From Octopus sinensis (taxonomy: Eukaryota), in assembly GCF_006345805.1 (NCBI RefSeq), contig NW_021827141.1:1-11045 (forward strand): a DNA stretch of 11,045 bases, written 5' to 3'. Positions 1 through 9,897 of the stretch are shown piece by piece. Below the pieces are notes generated by a model. It was not told the DNA's origin and ran no database searches. It worked only from the letters and a program-made list of their open reading frames with translations. The first letter of the stretch is position 1, and every line of letters starts with the position of its first letter. A program made the translations under genes and the position numbers.

Positions 1-709
1 ATTATTTAGAGCAGTGTAGGTATGAATATTATACGTATTTCAGAGGTGAGGGATTCTCTGTGAATTGAATTTATATATAGATTACAATTGCGCATCATAC
101 GTCTATCTCGATTGTGAAAAATATCATTACAAATAAACCAATTAAAATAAATAAGATTTAATATGGAACTGATATACAAACATTTGCGCCTATAATGAGG
201 GGAGAATATCTATGAACCAGAAATCGTTTCTTCGAAATGATAAATTTAAACATTGTGCGCAAACAAAGTAAGGTGGAACGTAAATTTCAAGAGTTCTTCC
301 TTCAGAAATGCAGTGAATTGAGAGCGATTACAGATTATTGCGTATCATTCGCTATTATATTCAATATCCAGTGAAAGATAACCAAGAGGTTTTAATAATA
401 CGTAAAATGAAAATATAAAGGTTGTACATCGTTAAAAAGAAACATAATACTCAAAATCTTCATTACGCTGACTAGATGTGGGAATTGAAAATCACATCAA
501 ATATAGTCATTTCAATAAATAACTGCTTAAACAGTCGAAGATTATTCTTGTGAGTATACTCATACCTGCACACAAACACATGCGCTCGCATATACGGACA
601 TACTTATACGCAGGTATATATTTCTCATGTACTACTGAAACGACGCCGTATATGACATACTATATACATACATACCTAGATTATACGTCTATATATATAC
701 ATACATATA

Positions 710-741
<32 letters not shown>

Positions 742-744
<3 letters not shown>

Positions 745-861
745 TCACATGATCACATGACCAACCAGACCATCAGATGATGTTACACATCGCTGGTCAC
801 AATGCGTTCGCCTTGTTTTAGCCCTTTCGAATGATGCCACCCCGCTGGCTAAGCGAGCAGG

Positions 862-865
<4 letters not shown>
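742..865. mobile_element. Unclassified ~125-bp interspersed repeat (family C), copy 1, embedded in (TA)n
   Basis: Colinear homology to 2766-2891 (shared 'tacacatcgctggtcacaatgcg', 'ttgttttagcc', 'aagcgagcaggccaat'). Flanked on both sides by TA runs. Confidence 0.8.
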
Positions 866-905
<40 letters not shown>

Positions 906-915
906 TATATATATA
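865..915. repeat. (TA)n microsatellite
   Basis: Direct reading. A similar imperfect TA run lies at ~690-742. Confidence 0.95.
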
Positions 916-1322
916 GGCATATTAAATCTCAGAATGAGATGTAAACAGTAATCGCTCGATAATGTAAGTATATGTGTGAGTGTGCGTGTATTTAACGGTA
1001 TACATCTCTTTTATATAGTATATCAAAGCTGCTGAGTATTAAATTATCAACTATTGGATTTCTGCCTTGTATTTTGTACTGTAATTATTGTTGTTGTTTG
1101 ATGGTTATCGTTGTTCATGATATTACTGTTGTTACTGCTGCTAATGATACCGTTAACCTTGATGCTGTCCCCCCTCCCCACCACCACCACCACCAGATAC
1201 TACTTGGGGAGTAGACGTGGAATCAGAAGACTTCTACCCGTGACCATCACAGTTTTAAGAGATTGTGTATCTGAGTCTGATTTATCATTCCTACAATCCA
1301 TTTATTTACATTATAGTGTGCG

Positions 1323-1491
1323 ATTTCGACATTTGGCTGCTATGTTTAGCAAATGTAGAATGCACCCTAGACTATATATATATAATATATATAGATATAT
1401 ATATATATTATATTATATATATATATATTATATATATATATATAGTCTAGGGTGCATTCTACATTTGCTAAAATAGCAGCCAAATGTCGAA

Positions 1492-1493
<2 letters not shown>
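1323..1493. repeat. Fold-back inverted repeat: 50/49-bp arms around a 72-bp (TA)-rich spacer
   Basis: Reverse complement of 1323-1372 equals 1445-1493 except for one 1-nt indel (gctaaacatagc vs gctaaaatagc). Confidence 0.95.
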
Positions 1494-1546
<53 letters not shown>

Positions 1547-1547
1547 A

Positions 1548-1819
1548 AGATGCATACATAAAGATTTAACGAAGAATGTTACGATCGAGAAGGTGAATCA
1601 CAATGACCTTTTTGTGCGCACAGTTTGTGACAGACCATGCCTTTCTTTTGCTGGGCCCAAATCTCATTTGCAAACCCATGGAAAACGAACTTCCACCATT
1701 TGTTCTGCCTATTTGTCAGTGCACACCTTTCAATGCAATGTATGTCAGAAAATTTACAAATCTATCGAAGGCCTCAAAAGACATTTCAAGATCCACAAAG
1801 ATGAGAACTTTTCTGCAGC
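1548..1819 (+). pseudogene. Decayed C2H2 zinc-finger coding relic, fingers 1-2 (probable non-LTR retrotransposon ORF2 C-terminus)
   Basis: Open frame reads FV[R]TVCDRPCLSFAG[P]KSHLQTH (1611-1679) and FQCNVCQKIYKSIEGLKRHFKIH (1728-1796). Finger 2 is canonical C-x2-C-x3-Y-x5-L-x2-H-x3-H. In finger 1, CGC and CCC are each one transition from TGC (Cys) and CTC (Leu). No TGEKP linker. Bounded by (TA)n and (GT)n. Confidence 0.75.
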
Positions 1820-1840
1820 GTGTGTGTGTGTGTGTGTGTG

Positions 1841-2050
1841 TTTGTCCCCCCCCCCTACAACATCGCTTGACAACCGATGCTGATGTGTTTACGTCCCCGT
1901 AACTTAGCGGTTCGGCAAAAGAGAACGATAGAATAAGTACTAGGCATCCAAAGAATAAGTCCTGGGGTCGATTAGCTCGACTAAAGGCGGTGCTCCAGCA
2001 TGGCCGCAGTCAAATGACTGAAACAAGTAAAGGAGTAAAGAGTAAGAGAG
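1841..2050 (+). mobile_element. SINE family B (3' half of CORE-type SINE), preceded by (GT)n at 1820-1840
   Basis: Homologous to 4621-4820, 6586-6748, 6801-7013, 7112-7260 and 9898-10060. Ends in an AGAGTA-like repeated tail. Confidence 0.9.
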
Positions 2051-2146
2051 TCCTTGGTGGACCAAGTCGGATATGCAATCTTACTTTTCAAAACATTGTC
2101 TGGTTTAAAAATCCACATCGGATGCCATGATGGTTCTAAGGTGTAG
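2051..2146 (+). pseudogene. Third C2H2-like finger remnant and stop codon; continuation of the 1548-1819 relic
   Basis: Reads SLVDQVGYAILLFKTLSGLKIHIGCHDGSKV*. F-x5-L-x2-H-x3-H and the GLKxH motif are intact; the Cys half is degenerate. Followed by a short spacer and (CA)n. Confidence 0.6.
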
Positions 2147-2166
2147 GTACAGGAGGTGGACAACCA

Positions 2167-2209
<43 letters not shown>

Positions 2210-2452
2210 CATATATATATATGTAAAAATGAAAGAAAAGAGTCCAATGTAAGATGGAGTACGATTCGACAGCAGTTTAATGACCACTACACATGTTTCG
2301 ATACAGCAGAGATGCACATATATAGAGGATTTAAATTTAAATCAAGTAACGGTTTACCTGTATAATAGAACCTAGTTATATCGCCTCAGGTGATATAAAA
2401 TCGCTCTCCGTGAGTAAATTGATTTCGATACTCTATTTTGTACTCAAATACG

Positions 2453-2453
<1 letters not shown>

Positions 2454-2520
<67 letters not shown>

Positions 2521-2657
2521 ATATATTATATATATATATATCTATATATATATATATGTGTGTGTGGTGTGTGTGTGTATCCATGTATTCATGTACATAT
2601 ATATATGCATGTATGTATGTATGTATATATATATATTATATATATATATATATATAT
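2454..2657. repeat. Compound microsatellite (TCTA)n + (TA)n/(TG)n
   Basis: Direct reading; (TCTA)n spans 2454-2520. Confidence 0.95.
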
Positions 2658-2716
2658 GGCTTCCTGATGATTTCTTTTGAATGAAACAGTTCTAGTCCTG
2701 TAGAAGCTCCTTCTAT

Positions 2717-2754
<38 letters not shown>

Positions 2755-2765
2755 TATATGTATAT

Positions 2766-2891
2766 ATCACCACCATGATCACCATGACCGACCAGGCTAT
2801 CAGATGTTGCTACACATCGCTGGTCACAATGCGCTTCGCATTGTTTTAGCCTTCAAATGACGCCACCCCGCTGGCCAAGCGAGCAGGCCAA
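2766..2891. mobile_element. Family C repeat, copy 2, embedded in (TA)n
   Basis: Same orientation as, and colinear with, 742-865. TA runs on both sides. Confidence 0.8.
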
Positions 2892-3384
2892 TATGTATAT
2901 ATATATAGTTGCCTAATACACGTGCACAGGAATGCACATACACATATACACTCACATACATATATAAGAATGTGATTGTTCATGTAGTATGTGTTGTTTG
3001 TAAGCCATTATCATCACCCCTCACCAATGTGGTCTTTCTTTTGTTACACTCGTAATTTCTTATTTGCATTTCATTACCTTAGCCAAATATTATAAATTTA
3101 ATACATCAGGTCTTCATATTCTTTGTATCAACATCAATAACAACAACAACAATGACAATAGCAATATTGTTTTCTCTTTTGTTTTGTTAACTACTAAATC
3201 TCGAAATCATGCATTTAGTGGTAGACACCAAAATACTAGCTCAATACTCTGGGTCTGTGACGTGAGATTGTATTTATATGGATAACTATACATACACACA
3301 ACCACTCACAAACACTCACGTATATATTAACAAATATAATATACGCAAATGCACACACACACACACAACCAACGGGTTAAAAGA

Positions 3385-3529
3385 TAAGATTCCGTCCACA
3401 AAAATCCGTCAGAAAATATTGGTCGGCAGTGTTTGTTGGAGAAAACACCTTTCCAAGATGTCGCTCCTACTGACACTGTTTCCGGTACCACGTGATTGTG
3501 AAACGAACATATTAAGCACACAGCCATGC
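3385..3529 (-). mobile_element. Degenerate tRNA-head/CORE SINE 5' half
   Basis: 'agaaaacacctttccaagatgtc...accacgtgattg...cacacagcca' aligns loosely to 10112-10195. Confidence 0.55.
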
Positions 3530-3554
3530 TATTTCCCCTCTCCCTCCCTCATAA

Positions 3555-3561
<7 letters not shown>

Positions 3562-3631
<70 letters not shown>

Positions 3632-3636
3632 TACAC

Positions 3637-3667
<31 letters not shown>
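3562..3667. repeat. (CA)n microsatellite
   Basis: Direct reading. Confidence 0.97.
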
Positions 3668-3754
3668 ATCTACATCAGTGCTATTTGAACCGGAATACCT
3701 TTGGAAATAACTCTGCTACGTAAGAATCAACGTGGGACTAAATAATGATGGTAG

Positions 3755-3853
3755 ATCCGTCGAGAATTGAAATCAGAATGTAACTGGATGCAATTAATTA
3801 AAGTCTGCAAGGTGTAAGGTATATTCTGTGACGCTGGTCTACTGATTTTGCCA
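3755..3853 (-). mobile_element. Degenerate SINE family A head
   Basis: 'gaattgaaatcagaatgta' matches the B-box region of 6099-6119. 'ctactgattttgcca' resembles the reverse-complemented A-box. Confidence 0.45.
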
Positions 3854-4620
3854 ATAATGGAAGTCGGAATTTTGGCTTCCGGCCAACCATTTAGGGGAAG
3901 AATGGGCGAGGAAAGTAATCGGTTTTATCGACGTCACTACAACATCACGAATGATTATTGGCGAATGAACTGATAATCGGGCTTCGTTTATGCGTTTGCT
4001 CAACTTGCTAGGAAGAGCAGAACAATATACGTCAAATCACACGCACACGTCTTCAGAGAAAAGGTTTTGAGTTTACATTTTTTACAGCCTCGATTTAGGA
4101 ATCCATGTGATTGAGTTGTCGTGAACATTGGTCATACAATAACAGACAGTGCACATGGTAGGTAACTTAAAATAACAAGGGAAATAGGGTGCTATATTTT
4201 CGAGTCTAATGTGTATCATTTGTTCAAATCTAACAACACGAGAGATTTAAATAGAAAGAGAAAACACAGCCTTCTGCATGAGCAGAAAAACATGTGACGT
4301 AACCAAAGTAAGGTTGTTGTTTTTTTAACCTTAGGCCTAGATTTTTGTGTGTATGGAGTACGGAAGCTACTTGTCAAATACAACAACTTTTATCTAAATA
4401 CACATTTTCAATTCTTTTATACGGATTAAGTTTTTGCAGTCAAATATATCAGTTTTTATCTTAAGCACAAAGCATAAAGTCCTTTCAGATGGGAAGAGTT
4501 GGATATGAATATATTCCTTTTTATTGAAATGACTTGCAAGATAGAAACACAAAAACCCTCTTTCAACGGGAATTTGAAATCTAAAGAAATATAATGACGT
4601 AAATATGACAAGAGAATATA

Positions 4621-4820
4621 TTCTTTTATTCTTATAATTCTTTTACTAACTTCAGTTATTTGACTGCGGCAAAGCTGGAGCATCGAACAAATCGACCCCA
4701 GGAATTATTCTTTCTAAATATAGTACTTATTTTATCGATCTCTTTAGCAGAACAGCTAGCTTACGTGGCTATAAACACACCAGTATCGGTTGACAAGCGA
4801 TAACGGTGGGGACAAACACA
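4621..4820 (-). mobile_element. SINE family B copy (diverged, short internal deletion)
   Basis: 'ttgactgcgg...gctggagca...aaatcgaccccagg...agtacttatt...taaacacaccag...caagcgat' is the reverse complement of the 1841-2050 pattern. Confidence 0.85.
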
Positions 4821-4844
4821 TCCTCACAGAAGTAGACACACTAA

Positions 4845-4895
<51 letters not shown>

Positions 4896-4903
4896 CATTA
4901 TTA
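4845..4903. repeat. (ATT)n microsatellite
   Basis: Direct reading. Confidence 0.97.
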
Positions 4904-4905
4904 TA

Positions 4906-5076
4906 AATAAGGGTATCTAAGAGATACCACTATGCTTGAAATAGCAGTGAAAGCCTGACTCTAAAACCAGATCAGGAATTATTTTCACCTTGTGGTGTAT
5001 TAAATCCATGATGTGGTTTATAGTCAGGATTTGACTGCTATTTCAAGCATAGTGGTGTCTCTTAGATATCCTTATT
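4906..5076. mobile_element. MITE-like fold-back element, 64/63-bp arms, 44-bp spacer
   Basis: Reverse complement of 4906-4969 aligns to 5014-5076 with about 5 substitutions and 1 indel. The inverted repeat is certain; the MITE call is inference. Confidence 0.7.
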
Positions 5077-5282
5077 CCTAATTTTGATAATTACAACCTA
5101 TAAGGTTTTTTTTCCCCATGCTGCCACTTTTTTTGATCGTTGTTTAAATAAGGGTCTCATCCCTATGCGCGCGCGCGCGTAAAATAAATATTAATTGATG
5201 CTATCATTGCAACACAGAGGCCAGAAATATCGAGGATGGGGGAATCATCGACTGCAACGACTCCAACACATGGTTAGTATTT

Positions 5283-5647
5283 TTATCTCCGCCTTCGCTA
5301 AGGCGGTGTATTGTTTCCAGTCGTGTTTGTTTGTTTGTCCGTGGACAAGATATCCCAAGAACCGCTGGATGGATTCGCATGAAACTTTCAGGGCTGTTTG
5401 GTCTTGTGACAGGCACGAACTATTTAGATTTTGGGATCGATGCGCTACCGGACAAGGATTCTAGATTATTTTTCCTGTTTATTTGCTTAATCTCTGAGAG
5501 TGGTCGAGTTCATATTTAGTATTTTCGTTTATGAGAGCAGTCGAGTTTATTTCAGATATTCTCATTCTAAAAATCATTTCTGGCTAATCGTTGAGAGGAC
5601 GATGATGTTGCCTTAGCGGAGGTTTGTGCTCTCTGAGTGGTCTTGTT
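5283..5647 (+). mobile_element. Non-autonomous Helentron-associated (HINE/DINE-1-like) rolling-circle element
   Basis: 5' palindrome ccgcctt-cgct-aaggcgg (5289-5306). (GTTT)n just inside the 5' end. 3' 'gccttagcggag' is complementary to the 5' 'ctccgc/cgctaaggc'. Degenerate terminal stem 'gctctctgagtg'. T-rich flanks. Confidence 0.75.
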
Positions 5648-5686
5648 TTTTTATTTATCTTATTTTAACATTTTATCAGCTACATG

Positions 5687-5800
5687 AAGGCGGCAAGCTG
5701 ATAGAATCTTTATTTATTTCGTGGCATATATTTCAGTTCTGTATTCCTGAGTTCAAATACCACCGATTTCGACCTTACCATTCGTGGTCAGTAAAGTGAC
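5687..5800 (+). mobile_element. Degenerate SINE family A 5' part
   Basis: 'aaggcggcaagctg...ctgagttcaaatacc' head with B-box, homologous to the reverse complement of 6099-6178. Confidence 0.6.
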
Positions 5801-5954
5801 CTACAATTCAAGTATTATTGGCCATCTAAGTCGCTGCCATTGTGTTAAAATTCGGAAGAGCCTTATCGGCTTAAGATAGTTGAAAGTTGAGTACATTGGC
5901 ATTTGAACTCAAAACTTATCCAATTTGAAAGAATCTTTCCAGTGACATATATAT

Positions 5955-6178
5955 ATTTCTTTACTACCCACAAGGGGCTAAACATAGAGAAGACAAACAA
6001 GGACAGACAAACGGATTAAGTCGATAATTCGACCCCAGTGCATAACTGGTACTTATTTAATCGACCTCGAAAGGATGAAAGGCAAAGTCGACCTCGGCGG
6101 AATTTGAAATCAGAACGTAGCGGCAGACGAAATACCGCTCAGCATTTCCCCCAGCGTGCTACCGACTCTGCCAGCTCG
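5955..6178 (-). mobile_element. tRNA-derived SINE family A, near full length
   Basis: Minus strand carries A-box TGGCAGAGTCGG (6162-6173), B-box-like GATTTCAAATTCC (6099-6111), central 'gaggtcgactttgcctttcatcctttcgaggtcgat' and a 3' tail ending 'gggtagtaaagaaat'. Confidence 0.88.
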
Positions 6179-6189
6179 TGACATATATA

Positions 6190-6229
6190 GACACACACTC
6201 ACGCACAAGCACACACGCACACACACACG

Positions 6230-6272
<43 letters not shown>

Positions 6273-6290
6273 CACACACACACACACATA
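6190..6290. repeat. (CA)n/(CACG)n microsatellite
   Basis: Direct reading. Confidence 0.93.
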
Positions 6291-6404
6291 TCTATACATA
6301 CCCAAGCACGCACAGATATACATATGCGTGTTATATATGTATGTATGTATGTATATGATAATAATTTCACATTCTGGGACGGACAGGCGACCAATTTTGG
6401 TGGA

Positions 6405-6580
6405 GTGTGTAAGTCGATTACATTAACCCCATTGCTCAAATTTGTATTTATTTCATCGATAACGATAGCGTGTGATGCAAAAATCGATCTCGGCAGAATT
6501 CGAACTCTGAGCGTAGAGACGGGCGAAATGCCGCTCGGCAATTTCGTCCGGAGTACTAATGCTTCCGCAGGCCCAGCCCT
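6405..6580 (-). mobile_element. Degenerate SINE family A copy
   Basis: 'taagtcgatta...tcgatctcggcagaattcgaactctgagcgtag...cgaaatgccgctc' is colinear with 6020-6145. Confidence 0.7.
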
Positions 6581-6585
6581 ACGTA

Positions 6586-6748
6586 TTCTTTTATTCTTTT
6601 ATTGTCCCATGCTGGGGCTCCGTCATAAGTCGAACAAACAGACCCCAGGACTTATTCTTTGTAAGCCTACCACTTTTTCTATCGACCTCTTTTGTCGAAT
6701 CGCTAAATTTCGGGGACGTAAATACACCTGCATCAGTTGTCAAGCGAT
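6586..6748 (-). mobile_element. SINE family B copy
   Basis: 'gaccccaggacttattctttgtaagcct...ggggacgtaaa...ttgtcaagcgat' is the reverse complement of the family B pattern. Confidence 0.85.
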
Positions 6749-6758
6749 CATATATACG

Positions 6759-6798
<40 letters not shown>

Positions 6799-6800
6799 TA

Positions 6801-7260
<460 letters not shown>

Positions 7261-7269
7261 ACAATAGAA

Positions 7270-7386
7270 TATATATACGACAGTCTTTCAGTTTCCGTGT
7301 CCACTTCCATGACTTTGGTCGGCCCGAGGTGCCAGCCACACAGTGGGACTGAACTCGGACCCATGTGGTTGGAGAAGTCACGCCTC
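7270..7386 (-). mobile_element. tRNA-head SINE 5' half with internal deletions
   Basis: B-box-like reverse complement 'gggactgaactc' (7345-7356). Colinear with 10057-10175 but lacks most of the CORE block. Ends in 'atatatacgac' microsatellite start. Confidence 0.75.
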
Positions 7387-7759
7387 TGCTTTTAACAAGA
7401 GGTTATATTTCCTGCAGCTGGATGAAAGTTAATGTAATATGGGAAGGATTTGAACTCAGAATGTAAACAACCATTTAAAAAAATTCCCACCGCCCGTTTT
7501 TCGACCTTCTTAAAAAAACAAAAAAAAAACACTACCAACACTAATAATAATAATAATAATAATCATGTGACTTAGTAAATTCATTCATGTCAACTCCTGC
7601 TGCTTATTGAACCTTTCTTTACTACGAATTCGTCCCATCTTTTCCCGCTCTTTTATTAATTTCTTCTCTCCATCCAACTCTCTGCATTTTAACTTATTCA
7701 CTTATTGTCCCTCTCACTCACTCTTGTCTCCCTATGAATAAATGAATAATTAAAGAAAT

Positions 7760-7768
7760 GATATATAT

Positions 7769-7812
<44 letters not shown>

Positions 7813-7850
7813 GGTGTGTGTGTGTGTGTGTGTGTGTGTCTGTCTGCGTG
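7760..7850. repeat. (TA)n + (TG)n microsatellites
   Basis: Direct reading. Confidence 0.95.
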
Positions 7851-8039
7851 TGTGTGTTTCTGCTCTGTCTTCCTCTCTACTTTTTCAACCATTGAACTTT
7901 CTATCCACCCTGTTCATCTTTCGTCATTTACAACACACACACACACAAACACACACACACACCCGCACATATATGCGAACGCAATCAAGCACACACATCA
8001 AGCAAAACCTTTCTGGTTGGTTCAGTTAACATATATCTG

Positions 8040-8173
8040 CCCCTCTCTCTCTCTCTTTCTCTCTCTCTCTTTCTCTCTCTTTCTTTCCCTCTGAGGTGTG
8101 TCCATCCCTCCTTCCCTCCATCATTTTACCTCTTGAGCTAACTTCTCTCACATTCCCTCTCTCACCATCTCTG

Positions 8174-8209
<36 letters not shown>

Positions 8210-8325
8210 CTATCTATCTATCTATCTATCTATCTGCATACCTATTTGCCTATCTATCTATCTATCCATCTATCTATCTATCTATCTATCTGTCTGTCTG
8301 TCTGTCTGTCTGCCTACCTATTTGC

Positions 8326-8378
<53 letters not shown>

Positions 8379-8434
8379 AATCTGTCTGTCTATCTGTCTG
8401 CCTAGCAATTTGCCTATCTATCTATCTGCCTATC

Positions 8435-8486
<52 letters not shown>

Positions 8487-8730
8487 ATATCTATCTATCT
8501 ATCTATCTATCTGCCTATCTCTATCTATCTATCTATCTATCTGCCTATCTATCTGTCTATCTATCTGTCTATCTGTGTCTATCTAGCTATCTCTGTCTAT
8601 CTATATCTACCTGTCTATATCTCTCTATCTATATCTATCGATCTCTGTCTTTCTATCTATCCCTGTCTATGTATATCTGTCTATATATCTCTCTACCTAT
8701 ATCTATCTACGTATCCGCCTCTATCTATCT
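8040..8730. repeat. (CT)n followed by a ~560-bp compound (TATC)n/(TGTC)n array (GATA-type on the minus strand)
   Basis: Direct reading; the main array spans ~8167-8730. Confidence 0.95.
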
Positions 8731-9489
8731 CTGGCAGTCATTCATTTTCCGCCGTCACTTTCTCTGCTGTTTTACAAAACATATTGGTTAACTAACAATA
8801 ATGACGTGCTTATCGACTTTCTATGGACTTCTACCGACACCGACACAAACACTAATACACACTAATACACACAAACAAAAATTCGGTCCAGTCTATTCAT
8901 GATTTTTGTAAAAATCACATGGCAATATGTATGCGCGCGCGTGTCTCTGTATCTGTGTGTCTGTCTGTCTGTGGCTCCGTCGCGTGTTCTGTGTGTGTGT
9001 TGTGTGTGTGCAGATGGTCACTTTCTAAATATTTACACACACGTCCAACTTTGTGTATACTGGAATGTATACAAATTCGAAATTTTAAATCAAGATGTAA
9101 GTGTGTGTGAGTGTATATATGTGTACATACACACGCACAAACACACACATCAGCGGACACAAAAATTTATATGTATGTGTACATATATATATATATGTAT
9201 AAATATATAAATATATCATGCATATATACATATATACACTTACGTATATGTATGTTTAAATGTCATTGCGGATTTCACGTGTGAAATTTTATGTTGATGT
9301 AAAGAAAAATTTAACGTGGACTTGTTTCCAAATATATTTATACTTTCATAGACTCAAGCAAACACATATGTATATATATATATATACAAGCGCGCATATT
9401 TACTCATACACTCAAGCACTTACCATCATTATACATTATTTCATACTCAAACAAACCTATACGCACACAATATATACACAAATATATCG

Positions 9490-9863
9490 TGGCACTCCGT
9501 CGGTTTTTCGGCGACGAGGGTTCCAGTTGATCCGATCAACGGAACGGCCTGCTCGTGAAATTAACGTGCATGTGGCCAAGCGCTCCACAGACACGTGTAC
9601 CCTTAACGTAGTTCTCGGGGAGATTCAGCATGACACAGAGTGTGACAAGGCTGGCCCTTTGAAATACAGGTACAACAGAAATAGGAACAAAGAGTGAGGG
9701 AAATTTGTGGTGAAAGAATATAGCAGTGTTCGCCACCATCCCCTGCCAGACCCTCGTATAGCTTTAGGTGTTTTCGCACTAGAAACACTCACAACGCCAG
9801 GTCTGGGAATCGAAACCGCAATGCTACGTCCCCGAGTCCTTGCCCTAACCACTATGCCTCCAC
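9490..9863 (-). mobile_element. tRNA-derived SINE family E, near full length
   Basis: Minus strand starts gtggaggc...agtggttagggca with B-box GGTTTCGATTCCC (9805-9817). Its 3' end matches 10727-10779 in the opposite orientation. Confidence 0.85.
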
Positions 9864-9897
9864 ACACCAATGTATACACAAAGATTGACACACGCAT

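Noticed and set aside
212-273. ATG...AA|GTAAGG possible exon (MNQKSFLRNDKFKHCAQT)
   Set aside because: No recognisable product, no acceptor or partner exon; such donor motifs occur by chance.
4088-4161. Poly-T-CAG acceptor with downstream GTAGGT/GTAACT donors
   Set aside because: All three frames contain stops; could only be a non-coding exon, with no supporting evidence.
4904-5155. 11-bp direct repeat taaataagggt at 4904 and 5145 as a TSD
   Set aside because: The first copy overlaps the hairpin arm and the second lies ~70 bp beyond the element end, so the geometry does not fit a TSD.
8900-9287. Short palindromes tgattttt-gt-aaaaatca (8900-8917) and atttcac-gt-gtgaaat (9272-9287)
   Set aside because: Stems of 7-8 bp in AT-rich DNA are expected by chance and the two are unrelated.
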